From: a virus
Taxonomy: Duplodnaviria > Caudoviricetes
Length of the DNA: 64,000 bases
Virus record (IMG/VR): IMGVR_UViG_3300035497_000412
Strand: one strand, 5' to 3'
Shown here: piece after piece, positions 11,398-22,162 of the stretch
How the letters are laid out: each line of letters begins with the position of its first letter
Numbering within the stretch: the stretch's first letter is position 1
Position numbers and translations under genes: made by a program
Notes under the pieces: model-generated
What the model was told of the DNA's origin: nothing
The model's input: only the letters and a program-made list of their open reading frames with translations
The model's database searches: none

Positions 11398-11978
11398 ACA
11401 ATTCTTTGTTCTATTGGATAAAGAAGGCAATAATAATAATAATTGTAAAAGATTTGATAAGCTTATTACATTATAAGAAAGAGATAAAGAATACTGGAAC
11501 AGAACTAAAAGAAGAATGAGATGTGGTTCTAGCATTAGAATGGGTGTTAGTAAATAAGATGGGCTATTACTATTAGGTATAATAAAAAAAAAGATAGCTA
11601 CCGCGCACGGATGCTACACACCCTGCTTTAACGCTTTAAGGCACTAAAGCAGAAAAGTTTAGAAGTTCATCACTTTGCACCATAACAGTTTAAATCCCTA
11701 AAGCTGCACAATATTAAATTAATAGTTGACAAATAATGTAATTATTTAAAGTGTTACCGCAAACGAATGATATTGGTCCTAACTTTAGCGTTTTAAAGTG
11801 CTAAAGTAAAATTTAGCGCACTTCAACGCTTTAAACTTTAATGTGCTAAATCCTAAAATTAGTTATGTTGCATAAAAACTAATCTAACGAATTGTGCAAC
11901 TTATTTTCAAAAAATCTTGACAAATGGAAAATAAAGCGTTATACTATAGTTGAAAATAAAAAGAAAGAGGTCTTAAAA

Positions 11979-12197
11979 ATGATGATGTACATTGTAACCC
12001 ATGTTTGCGATGAGGAGTACGGAAACACTGAAAACGTAGCAGTATTTGCTACCCGCGATCAAGCTAACGCTTTTGTGAACGCTCATAACTCCACCTATCA
12101 CGCATGGTTCATGGAGCAGAACGAAACCCGTCCTACTTTGAATGTAGAGGAATGGGAAGTCGGAACGGACGTTTGGGAAGAAATAATTGGAGATTAA
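11979..12197 (+). CDS. Small hypothetical protein (similar to 20404..20601)
   Basis: TTGACA/TATACT promoter, SD GAGG; ENVAVFATRDQANAF motif. Confidence 0.65.
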   Translation: MMMYIVTHVCDEEYGNTENVAVFATRDQANAFVNAHNSTYHAWFMEQNETRPTLNVEEWEVGTDVWEEIIGD

Positions 12198-12413
12198 AAA
12201 TCTCCAATTATTTTTATAACAGTACTTTAACACATTAAATTTTAAAAGTCGCAATGTGCAAAAACTAGGGTTTTATTTTACCCCTAGTCTTTTATCAATA
12301 GGCTTAAAAAAAATACAGAGAATTTTCAAAAAAACCTTGACAAACAACTTATAGTATGATATATTATACTCGTAAAGGATAAGAAATAAAAACCTGAAAG
12401 AGGTTGAAATATT

Positions 12414-12899
12414 ATGAAGTATGAAGTTTCGATGGTTCGTAGAGGGCAAGAAGTTAATTACTTTTTGCAGAGATCTTGGTCTGATGGTTATGATTATGAT
12501 CTTCATACTATGACGGTAGAAGCCAATGATTTTGTGGAAGCAGAGAATTTGGCATTGGTAGAAAATCCTGGTTATACGGTTGTTCATTCTGAAATTTGGA
12601 TGAGCGAAGCAGAAAAGGTTGAAGCCGAAAAAAGAGTAGAAGAATACCATGAAGTACGGAGAAAAGAACGGGAAGAAAGAATTAACCAGCAGAAAGAAAA
12701 AGAACAAGCTAAGAAAATAGCAAAAGAAACTGAAAAAGCTATTAAAAAAGGTATGACCTTAGAAGAATATCAAGCAGACAAAAAGAAGAAAGCAAAGATC
12801 GCTCGTTACAAAAGAGAAGTTCGCCAAATGGAAGAACAGATTGCAGAGCTTGAAAAGCAAATTGCGTATAAGAAAAATTGGCTTGCTGAAAATGCCTAA
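12414..12899 (+). CDS. Hypothetical coiled-coil protein
   Basis: ORF with SD, promoter and downstream terminator. Confidence 0.7.
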   Translation: MKYEVSMVRRGQEVNYFLQRSWSDGYDYDLHTMTVEANDFVEAENLALVENPGYTVVHSEIWMSEAEKVEAEKRVEEYHEVRRKEREERINQQKEKEQAKKIAKETEKAIKKGMTLEEYQADKKKKAKIARYKREVRQMEEQIAELEKQIAYKKNWLAENA

Positions 12900-12902
12900 A
12901 CT

Positions 12903-12945
12903 TTAAATTCCCCTTGAAGAATCTTTTAAGGGGAATTTAAAAAAA
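12903..12945. terminator. Rho-independent terminator-like hairpin
   Basis: TTAAATTCCCCTTGAAGA / TCTTTTAAGGGGAATTTAA. Confidence 0.6.
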
Positions 12946-12948
12946 CTC

Positions 12949-12977
12949 TTGACAATTTTTAAAAAATTTGATATAAT
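12949..12977 (+). promoter_or_regulatory. Consensus sigmaA promoter, representative of those before most genes from 11 to 62 kb
   Basis: TTGACA-17 nt-TATAAT. Confidence 0.85.
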
Positions 12978-13009
12978 AATTACAGGAATCAGGAAGGGAA
13001 TTGATAAAT

Positions 13010-13189
13010 ATGAAAACTGTAAATATTATCCTTACCCCAAATCAAGCTCAATTCTTATTCATCCTTGAAGATTCGATCCCCTGTTTTATCTATCAGGGCG
13101 ATTATACAGGAGAATGGGTAATTAAATACAGAAAAGAAGATGAAGAAACTGTAAATAAGATTTTTAAAAATATTTTAGGAAAATCTTAA
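13010..13189 (+). CDS. Small hypothetical protein
   Basis: ORF after consensus promoter and SD. Confidence 0.6.
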   Translation: MKTVNIILTPNQAQFLFILEDSIPCFIYQGDYTGEWVIKYRKEDEETVNKIFKNILGKS

Positions 13190-13240
13190 AAAACCTATTG
13201 ACAAATTAAATCGTATCTGCTATAATAAAGACAGTTAAAA

Positions 13241-13368
13241 GAGGTAGGCCAAGGTAGACAAAGTAGACGCAAGTCGAACTAAGACTACAAGGTAAGAATA
13301 AGATCGGATAAGAGAGATTGAGATGCGGCAAAGCCACTAGATGCTTAAAGCCACTTATCGCCTACCTT
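13241..13368 (+). promoter_or_regulatory. Conserved 5' leader element, copy A (copy B 16561-16695, short copy 15066-15136)
   Basis: Lies between promoter and SD; closing stem AGGTAGGC/GCCTACCT; aligns with copy B along its length. Confidence 0.6.
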
Positions 13369-13389
13369 AAAAGAAAGGAATTGATAATT

Positions 13390-13689
13390 ATGAAAATCTA
13401 TGAAGTTTTTACCGCCGATTCTACGAACAGTGACCGTAACCAAGAAGTATGCGCCTATGTTGCATCTAAAGAAATTGCAGGAAATTATATCCGCGCTAAT
13501 CTCGTTGAAATTTATAACGTCCACAAGAAAAGTCCTTTGTGGAATCATGGAATTGATATCCTCTGGTGCGCAGATTGGACAGAAAAGGAATTCCCCGGTT
13601 TTATCCCCGATCTTGTGTACGCGGGGAAAGACAGCCACGGATTAAAAGTCACCATGTTTTTTAAGGAAATTGACGTAATCGAAAAGTAA
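13390..13689 (+). CDS. Hypothetical protein
   Basis: SD AAAGGAATTGATAATTATG. Confidence 0.7.
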   Translation: MKIYEVFTADSTNSDRNQEVCAYVASKEIAGNYIRANLVEIYNVHKKSPLWNHGIDILWCADWTEKEFPGFIPDLVYAGKDSHGLKVTMFFKEIDVIEK

Positions 13690-13751
13690 CAATTAAGAGT
13701 TCTTCCCTTGGATAATGTTTTCAAGGGAAGAACTAAGTTAGAAAGGTATTA

Positions 13752-14120
13752 ATGACTATGAAAATTTTATACATGGCTGATGATGGTGAAGAATTCGAAA
13801 CCGAAGAAGAATGTAAAGAACACGAAGAAGCAATGAGAGTAAAAGATGAATTTAATTCTCGTATGAGACTTTATGACGCAAAAATGAATAGATTTGACCC
13901 TGATATTGAAGATATTGAACTTGAACAAATTACATACGCTTATTTTGCGGATGAAGAAACCTTCAACTATTTCAATGACTTTTTTAATGAGAACGGTTTG
14001 TTTTCTCCAAAAGATGATGGATGTAGTTTTTCTAGTGGACATAGTTTCATGTGGGATGGTAATGGCAAATGTTGGGTATCTGTTAATGATTTCATTAACG
14101 AGCTTATGAATCATCTTTAA
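13752..14120 (+). CDS. Hypothetical protein (paralog of 20636..21007)
   Basis: Shared xADDGxxFxxxEECKxxE N-terminus. Confidence 0.7.
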   Translation: MTMKILYMADDGEEFETEEECKEHEEAMRVKDEFNSRMRLYDAKMNRFDPDIEDIELEQITYAYFADEETFNYFNDFFNENGLFSPKDDGCSFSSGHSFMWDGNGKCWVSVNDFINELMNHL

Positions 14121-14721
14121 AATGAAAATTTGAAAAACTTGTAAAATCCAAAAGAAGCTCTAGTAAAGAAATTGCGGCCGCCCCCTAAAATTCTTTACTA
14201 GGGCTTTAGTAAATTTTTATTTTGTGCATTTTGACGAATTTAGCGCTTTAAAGCGCTACACTTTAACACTTTAAAGCATTTTCTAGTAAATATTTTTTAC
14301 TTTAACACATTAAAGCTTTAAACTTTAACACATTAAAGCTTTAAACTTTAACAGTTTAAAGCAGTGCCCGGGCGCCAAGGAATGATGCGCCCGGATTTTA
14401 CACTTTAAAGCATTAAAGCAAATTTTATTTACTAGGCAATACTTCAACACGCTAAAGCGCTAAATCCCTAAAGTTTACTTTAATACTTTAAAATATTAAA
14501 GCGAAGTTAGTTCAGACTAATTGTAGTTAGTTGCCGCTAACGGACCCCACTTTGGCACTTTAAAACATTAAAGCAAAAAAAGTTTTAAAGTTTAACGCAT
14601 TAAAGCGTAACAGTTTAAATCCTAAAACTAAAAAAGTTGAGAAAATTTTAAAATGACTATTGACAAATCGATAATATGTGATATAATGAATACAGAAATT
14701 AAGAAAAGGAAGGTGCGTCAC

Positions 14722-15006
14722 ATGAAACGCTCTGAAATGGAAAAACTGGTTGTCCTGCTGCTGAAACACAACATCCCCTTTGAACTTGGTGTTCAGTATT
14801 ATGAGAACGCTTTGCAAGTGTTCTATCCCTCTAAGACTAACCCCGTGTGTGATGTGGTTTGCAATCCTTATTCCATCGGTTTTGATAAGGGGCTGTTGGA
14901 GATGAAGGGCCTTGTTCCTTTTGATGATGATGAAGTCGAGGGGTATCTGGATGCAGAAGAAATTCTGGTTCGGATCGAATGTCACTATTTGGCACACAAA
15001 AATTAA
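14722..15006 (+). CDS. Hypothetical protein
   Basis: TTGACA/TATAAT promoter, SD AAGGTG. Confidence 0.7.
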   Translation: MKRSEMEKLVVLLLKHNIPFELGVQYYENALQVFYPSKTNPVCDVVCNPYSIGFDKGLLEMKGLVPFDDDEVEGYLDAEEILVRIECHYLAHKN

Positions 15007-15161
15007 TTTCAAAAAAGGCTTGACAAAAGCCTAAATAAGGCTTATAATGGCCATAGGAACAAACGAGGGGTCAAGGCGGATACGCCAGATAAGAGTAGAA
15101 CAGGATGAGACGTTTAAAGCCCTCTACCACCCCACCAGAAGAAAGAAAGGAATTGATAATT

Positions 15162-15455
15162 ATGATGATCGATGCTAGAGAGGCCAGAGCAATGACTTTT
15201 GCCGCCATTGAAAACCAGAAGAAGAATGAAAAGCTTGCGGCTGAGCAGTGGATCGACAGCAAAATTGCTAGTCTGGTGACAGAGGACGCAAACAAGGGCA
15301 ATGGTTCAACCACCGTTTATGTACCTGATGACGCTGGAGTAAAGGCCAATATTGTTAAGCAGATTCTTTCTGAATATGGTTACACGGTTAAGGTCACTAC
15401 AAAGGAGTATAACCGCAAGCCTGCCACATTCATTACTATCACTTGGAATTACTAA
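15162..15455 (+). CDS. Hypothetical protein
   Basis: SD AAAGGAATTGATAATTATG; terminator follows. Confidence 0.7.
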   Translation: MMIDAREARAMTFAAIENQKKNEKLAAEQWIDSKIASLVTEDANKGNGSTTVYVPDDAGVKANIVKQILSEYGYTVKVTTKEYNRKPATFITITWNY

Positions 15456-16051
15456 ATGGAAACCCCTGGAGCACCAGGGGTTTTCTTTGTGCAATTTGAC
15501 GAATTTAGTGCTTTAAAGTGTTGAATTCGTCAAATTGCACAACACTTTAGCACTTTAAAGCATTGTATTGGGCCGGCCGCCAAGGACTGGTGCGGCCGGA
15601 CTTTAGCGCTTTAAAGCGTTAAAGCGATTTTTTACGTAGTTCGGCACTTTAGCGCTTTAAAGTGTTAAATCACGAAACTATATCTTCTACAATACTTCAA
15701 TGCTTTAAAGTATTGAAGTTAGTCATCGCTAACGGACCCCACTTTAACACTTTAAAGTGTTAAAGCAAAAAAGTTCGCCGCTTTAAAGTTTTAAAGTGTA
15801 ATGCTTTAAATCCTGAAAGTGGCAGTTAGTCTATACTAACTGCACAATTTGGCCGCTCCATCTTTGTGCAATTCGACAACGTAGAAAAACTTAACCGTTT
15901 TTTGTATAATTTGACGATGTAGAAAAATCTACTCGTTTTCTACTCGTCTTTTGTGCAACTTTTTTTGAGATAATGTTTGACTTTTGAATATCCCTGTGAT
16001 ATCATGATAATAGGAATTGAACCTAAACAATTTAATAAAGGGGTGCTATCT

Positions 16052-16513
16052 ATGAAAAAGATGCTATGCTTTGACCTTGATGGAACGATCGTTGACTTCT
16101 ACGGTGTGGAAAACTGGCTTGCGATGCTAAAACAAGAAAATCCTGCTCCGTACGAAATCGCTGAACCGCTTTATGACATGGATAAGCTAAATGCTATTTT
16201 AGACAAGCTTGTAAAGATCGGCTGGGAAGTACGTGTAATTACATGGCTTGCAAAAAATAGCTCTAAGCCCTACAAAGACGCCACGCGAAAAGCAAAAAGG
16301 GAATGGCTGGAAAAGTACCATTTTCCCTACGAACATTTCCACGGCGTAATGTATGGGGCAACCAAAGCGGATAGCGTACGCAAATACCTATCTAATGACG
16401 ATATCGCGATTCTGATAGATGACAATGCGAAAGTTAGAAGTGGGTGGACTTTAGGTGCGACAATTGACCCAAGTGACGGAAAGTTACTTGAAAAACTTTT
16501 TTCACTAATTTGA
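16052..16513 (+). CDS. HAD-superfamily 5'(3')-nucleotidase-like protein
   Basis: CFDLDGTIVD motif I, ITW, K, LIDDN motif IV. Confidence 0.8.
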   Translation: MKKMLCFDLDGTIVDFYGVENWLAMLKQENPAPYEIAEPLYDMDKLNAILDKLVKIGWEVRVITWLAKNSSKPYKDATRKAKREWLEKYHFPYEHFHGVMYGATKADSVRKYLSNDDIAILIDDNAKVRSGWTLGATIDPSDGKLLEKLFSLI

Positions 16514-16716
16514 AAAAAAGGGGGTTGACAAATCCAAAAATAAGGCTTATAATGGCTACAGTGATAAGGCCAAGGCGGACAAAGTAAGCGAAAAGCCGAA
16601 ATAAGAACGCAAGGTAAGAACAAGATCGGATAAGTAAGAATGAAACGCGGCAAAGCCACTAGATAACTTAACGCCACTTGTCGCCCTTTATCAACGCAAA
16701 GAAAGGACTTGATACC

Positions 16717-17508
16717 ATGAATTTAAACCAGTTAAACATCGATCGCCGCCGCCACTACATTTTAATGGTAGATACTGAGACTGCCAATTCTCAAGATGAG
16801 AATGGTAAGGTTTGCCCTTATTCCGCGCTTGTCTATGACTTTGGATGTGCGGTCGTAGACAAGCAAGGTAATGTATACTACACTTTCAGCGCCATCAACA
16901 AGGACATTTTTATCGGTGAGCGTGACCTAATGCGTTCCGCGCACTATGCCCGGAAAATTCCCCGTTATCTAGACGATATCCAGAGCGGCAAGCGCCAGTT
17001 AATGAGTTGGGCAGATATTAAGCTCAATGTTTGGGCTATTATGGCAGCTTTTGGAATCGACACCGTTTGCGCGCACAACGCCCGGTTCGATTATTATGCC
17101 ATTCTTGCTACTGAGCGTTATATCTCTAAGTCCTATGACCGTTATTTTTTCCCATTTGGGACTATTTGGTGGGATACGCTCAAGATGAGCCGCGATGTTA
17201 TCCACAAACAACCAACTTATAAGGCTTTTTGTGAAAGTAATGGGTACATTACCAAAACTGGCCAGTGTTCCGCAACAGCACAGAACCTTTTCCGTTTTAT
17301 TTCCCATGAAAACGACTTTGAAGAAAGCCATACCGGGTTAGAGGACGTTCTGATTGAAAAGGATATTCTTGCCTATTGTTTCCGCCAGCATAAGCCGATG
17401 CGAAAAACCCTTTGGCAAGATGTGGAATTGACCGATCGGCAAATTGAAATCCTGCTGGAGCGGCAATGGGAATTTATCCCAACTTTCAATAAAAAGAACC
17501 TTTTCTAA
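16717..17508 (+). CDS. DEDDh 3'-5' exonuclease (DnaQ-like)
   Basis: VDTETA, AHNARFD, HTGLEDV. Confidence 0.85.
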   Translation: MNLNQLNIDRRRHYILMVDTETANSQDENGKVCPYSALVYDFGCAVVDKQGNVYYTFSAINKDIFIGERDLMRSAHYARKIPRYLDDIQSGKRQLMSWADIKLNVWAIMAAFGIDTVCAHNARFDYYAILATERYISKSYDRYFFPFGTIWWDTLKMSRDVIHKQPTYKAFCESNGYITKTGQCSATAQNLFRFISHENDFEESHTGLEDVLIEKDILAYCFRQHKPMRKTLWQDVELTDRQIEILLERQWEFIPTFNKKNLF

Positions 17509-17670
17509 AAAAATAGTTGACTTTCTCTTGTGAGTATGATATACTCTAAGAGTGGAAAGGCTCACAAGAGAAAATCACCACTACACTTAATATCTACGGA
17601 AAAACCCGTTGATATAAAACATTTTTAAAGGCAAGGAAAAGCCTAAAAAAACCAGAAAGGAATTGTTACT

Positions 17671-18072
17671 ATGGCTACTATGAAGATTACTAAGCGCGAT
17701 TATTTTACCACCCTGTCCACCCTCGTTCATGAGAGCGACTTCCCCCATGTCGTAGGTGATAAGGAAATCACCTACGAGCAGATGGTTGAGTTTATCAGCC
17801 ACGAGATTGAGCTTTTGAACCGCAAGAATGCCGCGGATAGCTCCAAGGGGCTAACCGCTAAGCAGATCGCCCGGCAGGAAGTCATGAATGCGATGCTGAC
17901 CCGGATGACTTTTGACAAGCCGTATTTGGTTTCTGATATTATCAAGACTTTCCCCGAATGCGAGGGCAAGAGTACCAGTGAAGTTTCCCGAATGCTCCAT
18001 GATTTGGTAAAGGCTGGTATTGTTGAACGCATTGAGGAAAAGCGCAAGGCGTATTTCATTCGCCGGGCCTAA
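17671..18072 (+). CDS. Winged-helix DNA-binding protein (paralogs 21715..22104, 35186..35635)
   Basis: TKRDYF..HEIELL..VSRMLHDLVKAGIVERIEEKRKAYF. Confidence 0.7.
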   Translation: MATMKITKRDYFTTLSTLVHESDFPHVVGDKEITYEQMVEFISHEIELLNRKNAADSSKGLTAKQIARQEVMNAMLTRMTFDKPYLVSDIIKTFPECEGKSTSEVSRMLHDLVKAGIVERIEEKRKAYFIRRA

Positions 18073-18136
18073 TTCTCCAAAATTTGGGAAGGGGGATATC
18101 CCCCTTCCCAAAGCCCCATAAAAAGGAGGTCCAAAA

Positions 18137-18493
18137 GTGAGTGAACAAATTGACACCATGCGTAAACTTGGATGGACTGAAGAAGAAATTGCCGACGTCT
18201 TAAAAAGTGATAAGGCTATTGATAAAGGTGCAAAGCTTTTTGAACTGGATGCTGAACACGAAAAAGCTAGTAAAGACGCGCGAAAGCTAGGACAGCGCAG
18301 AACGCCCACGGTTTACGACTTTTCCAAACGAGAACGCAAAAAGGATACTGATAAAGGCGATTTAATTGCGGCGGTGGTCACTGGATTGCAAGCGGCTGGA
18401 GCTAAAACGACCATTACTAATCCTGAGCGCGAAATTGAATTGGAATATAATGGGCGAAAATTTAAAATCGTGTTGAGCGCTCCGCGTAAGTAA
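18137..18493 (+). CDS. Hypothetical protein (paralog of 22163..22549)
   Basis: SD GGAGG; MRKLGWTEEE..DKAIDKG motif. Confidence 0.7.
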   Translation: MSEQIDTMRKLGWTEEEIADVLKSDKAIDKGAKLFELDAEHEKASKDARKLGQRRTPTVYDFSKRERKKDTDKGDLIAAVVTGLQAAGAKTTITNPEREIELEYNGRKFKIVLSAPRK

Positions 18494-19063
18494 CACAAAA
18501 GGGAAGAAATGGAAAATGCCATTTCTTCCCTTTTCGTCATTTTAATGAATTCAACACTTTAATGTGTTGAATTTTGTTATTTTTCACAAAACAGATCGGT
18601 GTCAAGTTGGAATATTACACAAAAATTAGCTCATTTTGGGCTGTTTTTTTATGCAATTTGCACAAAAAATTTAGCACTTTAAACTGTTAAAGCGCAGCAT
18701 AATGACGAATTTAACACTTTAGCGCTTTAAAACGCGACACTTTCACAGTTTAAAGCGTTGAATCGGCCGCTGGGGAATGAGGCGGCCGAAATTTCCATTA
18801 TATCACCCCTCCCGCCTTTTGTCAATAGGCAAATTGCACAAAGATTGTGCCACTTAGAATCCCGAATTCGTCACTTTGCACAAAGAAAAATTCATAGCTA
18901 AAATTTTGTGCATTTTGCCATTGATTTCTGGAATATATAGTGATATAATAAACTCATCAAATGAAAGAGAGGTAAATTAATTACACTAAATGAAAATTCC
19001 CTATTGACTTTTGCTAAAAATTTTGTTATAATAATTACAGGAATTAAGAAAGGAGATACCCAA

Positions 19064-19324
19064 ATGAAAAATGTATCTGAAATGACTCTGGAGGAACTGA
19101 AAGCACTAACTGAAGAAATTGAAACCCGCAGAGCTGTACTTCACGAGGAACAGAAATATATTGCCGCTTGGAAGAATGCTATAAGCGCTTTGCATGACTT
19201 CCTTGATGAGTATGGGGTATTCTACATGACCATTAATGGTGGTGATTACCAGTTTGACGCAAGTGATGTTGAAATGTGGATGTCAACCCCCGGCACGATG
19301 GAAATCAATATTGAAAACGATTAA
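19064..19324 (+). CDS. Hypothetical protein
   Basis: Promoter, SD AAGGAG. Confidence 0.65.
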   Translation: MKNVSEMTLEELKALTEEIETRRAVLHEEQKYIAAWKNAISALHDFLDEYGVFYMTINGGDYQFDASDVEMWMSTPGTMEINIEND

Positions 19325-19522
19325 AAAAAGGAGCTGATAAATATGCCTACTCACATTATTATTGCTAGTATGATTTGCATTGCTGGTGTTTCCGTTCGCA
19401 TTGTCGCAGAAGCGTCTCAGCGGAAACCGAACCTTGCAAAGCTCCTATGGAGCGCCGCCGAAATGATTTCTTTAGTTTGTATTTTCCGATTCTATCTGTA
19501 AAAAAAAAGGATTTGATTGTTT

Positions 19523-19993
19523 ATGAAATTTTTGATTGTATTTATTATCCTGTCCATTGTAAACGTGACATTCTCTACTGTCCGCTCTATTGTAACAATC
19601 AAGGGTGGAAAGCTAGTAGCAAGCTTTATCTCTGGCGGCTACTTTGCTTTTTACAATATCATGTTGATTTACACTGTGGCAGATTTTCCCATGTGGCAGA
19701 AATGTGTAATTACATTTGCGTGTAATGTGGTTGGTGTATTCATTGTAAAATGGATTGAAGAAAAAATGCGAAAAGACAAGCTGTGGCGTGTGGAAACTAC
19801 TGTTCCAGCTAGTCAAGGCGAATCCCTAGCGGAAACTGCAAAAGAAAAGGACTTATCTTTCAACTACATTAATATTCAGAAGTATTGGATTTTCAACTTC
19901 TATTGCCCTACTCAGAAAGAGAGTTCAGAAGTAAAAGAAATGCTTAAAGGCTATGACGCAAAATATTTTGTCTCTGAAACGAAAATTCTTTAA
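19523..19993 (+). CDS. Membrane protein, DUF2179/DUF5698-like
   Basis: Three hydrophobic helices then a soluble domain; NVTFSTVRSIVTIKG. Confidence 0.6.
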   Translation: MKFLIVFIILSIVNVTFSTVRSIVTIKGGKLVASFISGGYFAFYNIMLIYTVADFPMWQKCVITFACNVVGVFIVKWIEEKMRKDKLWRVETTVPASQGESLAETAKEKDLSFNYINIQKYWIFNFYCPTQKESSEVKEMLKGYDAKYFVSETKIL

Positions 19994-20060
19994 AAAGGTA
20001 TTGACATTTTAATTCTCGTCTGCTATAATAACTGTAGTAAATGAAAGAAAGGTGATTCAA

Positions 20061-20318
20061 ATGAAAATGATTATTGATAGGGGCTATAATGGGTATCATA
20101 TTCCCGATGAAGTTCTTCATTGGGAACTTCCTCCTGATGCAGAAAATGAACACCGCACCGACCCACGTTTTATTGAATGGGTGAAAACACATAAAAATAA
20201 TACTGGCCTTGCAGTTGTAGAAATTCCTGATAATGCTACTGATTGGGAACTAGAAGATTATGATGGACGAGAGAGCATTATTGCGGTTGTGGATGGAAAA
20301 ATTATTCACATTGGCTAA
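20061..20318 (+). CDS. Hypothetical protein
   Basis: RTDPRFIEWV..VVEIPD..EDYDGRESI, a common phage small-protein pattern. Confidence 0.65.
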   Translation: MKMIIDRGYNGYHIPDEVLHWELPPDAENEHRTDPRFIEWVKTHKNNTGLAVVEIPDNATDWELEDYDGRESIIAVVDGKIIHIG

Positions 20319-20403
20319 AAAATCTATTGACAAACCCTCCTCTTTATGATATACTAAAGACGTAAAGAGGAGGAAGAAACCTCAAAGAAAGCTGGTAATA
20401 AAA

Positions 20404-20601
20404 ATGAAAGTTTATTTGGTAAATGAAACTAATTACAACTATAGCCCTGAACCGATTTTGGAAAACGTTGCCATGTTTTCTACTAAAGAAAAGGCTAACG
20501 CATACGTTTCTAAATATTATGTTTGCGGCGATGATGGAGTATGGCATTCACCTTATGACCGATGTGTAGAATCCAGCATTGAAGAATGGAATGTTAATTA
20601 A
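20404..20601 (+). CDS. Small hypothetical protein
   Basis: Similar to 11979..12197. Confidence 0.6.
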   Translation: MKVYLVNETNYNYSPEPILENVAMFSTKEKANAYVSKYYVCGDDGVWHSPYDRCVESSIEEWNVN

Positions 20602-20635
20602 ACACTAAATTGTTAAAAGAAAGGAATTGGTAAAA

Positions 20636-21007
20636 ATGAAAGAGGTAAAATATTGGATTGCAGATGATGGAAAGCGCTTTGATTCTCTAGAGGAATGCAA
20701 AGTTTATGAGGAAAATCTAGAAAAAATGTTAAAAAATTTTAATGAGCTTGTTCGAATGTACGATTCAGAAATGAAACGTCATTATTTTGAAAATGAAGAT
20801 GACCTTGAGGATGTGCGCTATTTATGGGTTGCTAATGAAACAGGCTTTGGATTATTTAATAAACTTGACCTTGTATCGCCTTCACCTAGAGACTGCGGTT
20901 ATGAATTTACTGGTGAACATTGGTTTATTTGGGATGATACAACGGAAACTTGGCGTACCTTTGAAGAAGTCATTAATAAACTTGAACAGATTAAAAAGAC
21001 TCTTTAA
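20636..21007 (+). CDS. Hypothetical protein (paralog of 13752..14120)
   Basis: WIADDGKRFDSLEECKVYE. Confidence 0.7.
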   Translation: MKEVKYWIADDGKRFDSLEECKVYEENLEKMLKNFNELVRMYDSEMKRHYFENEDDLEDVRYLWVANETGFGLFNKLDLVSPSPRDCGYEFTGEHWFIWDDTTETWRTFEEVINKLEQIKKTL

Positions 21008-21714
21008 GTCTTTAAGAGAAAGGAATTGATAAAAATGTGGGGCTTGCGCGACCCCACATTTTTTTAGTAAATTTTTGTTTTCAGCAAATTGTACGAATTT
21101 TCAAATGAAAATTTGGTTATTTTGCCTATTGACAAATCCTATCAAGTGTGTTAAAATGACCGACCGCTGAGGTGCGCAGCGGTCGGAAATTCCATTATAC
21201 CACCTCCAGCCAATTTTGTCAATCGTCAAATTGCACAAAAATTTTTGCACTAAGACTCCCGAAATTCCATTTTTTTTACTATGGCCGCAAATCTTTGTGC
21301 AAAATGACGGAAAAGTTTTTCTTGATTTCTAAGGTAAGCTGTGCTATACTATAATTGTCCCAAGGGGGAAGGAAAAAACGGCGGACAGCGACAGTTACCC
21401 CGATCTCCAAAAGGACAAGAAAAAAATTTGAAAAATCTCTTGACAAGCCCAACAACGTGTGATACAATAAAGGCGTAAACAAGAGATGGAGCAGAAAACC
21501 TCAAAACAATGAACCTTGAAAATTCAAAAAAAACTCTTGACAAACCCTTCAATCGATGATATAATAAGAATACAAGATAAGGGAAAGCAAGTCAAGCGCA
21601 AGGTTAAAAAATCTCGCAAAGTTCTAAAAAAACTCTTGACAAGCTGAACCGAATCTGGTATAATAAATTTACAAAGAGGAAGGACACCTCACAAACCAGA
21701 AAGGAATTGATACT

Positions 21715-22104
21715 ATGACTACCACCAAGACTACCAAGCGCGACTACTTCACCACCCTGCTGAACAACACTGATGTTCTGGCAAACCTGTCTCTGCCCGA
21801 GGGCATGACCGCAGAAAGCATGACTGCTTTCATCGCTCATGAGATTGAGCTGCTGGATAAGAAGAATGCTACCGAGCGCAAGGCGTCTCCTATCCAGATT
21901 GCCAACGAGGAAACCAAGAACGCAATGATTGAGTTCATGGCCCTTGACAAGCCCTATCTTATCAGTGAACTGATTAAGGAGTGCCCGGCCTGTGAAGGTA
22001 TGGCTACTTCCAAGGTTTCCCGACTGGCTCATGACCTTGTAAAGGCTGGCATCGTGGAGCGGATTGAGGAAAAGCGTAAGGCGTATTTCATTCGTCGGGC
22101 CTAA
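21715..22104 (+). CDS. Winged-helix DNA-binding protein
   Basis: C-terminal 24 aa identical to 17671..18072; preceded by several tandem promoters. Confidence 0.75.
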   Translation: MTTTKTTKRDYFTTLLNNTDVLANLSLPEGMTAESMTAFIAHEIELLDKKNATERKASPIQIANEETKNAMIEFMALDKPYLISELIKECPACEGMATSKVSRLAHDLVKAGIVERIEEKRKAYFIRRA

Positions 22105-22162
22105 TTCCAGAAATAGGAAGGGGCGCAAAGCCCCTTCCTAAATCCATTAGAGAGGTGAACAC

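Larger units (their letters stand above)
10818..18762. repeat. Clusters of a 22-bp palindrome TTTARCRCTTTAAAGYGYTAAA
   Basis: Roughly 25-30 degenerate copies by eye, in clusters at 10818, 11626-11850, 14239-14620, 15504-15810, 18550-18762; perfect copy at 15743-15764. Confidence 0.85.

Noticed and set aside
14230-15830. CRISPR array
   Set aside because: Repeats are degenerate and irregularly spaced, with no unique spacers of constant length and no cas genes
16327-16677. Hydrophobic minus-strand peptide over the AAG-rich leader
   Set aside because: Frame is not preserved in the second copy; Leu richness is a by-product of AAG repeats
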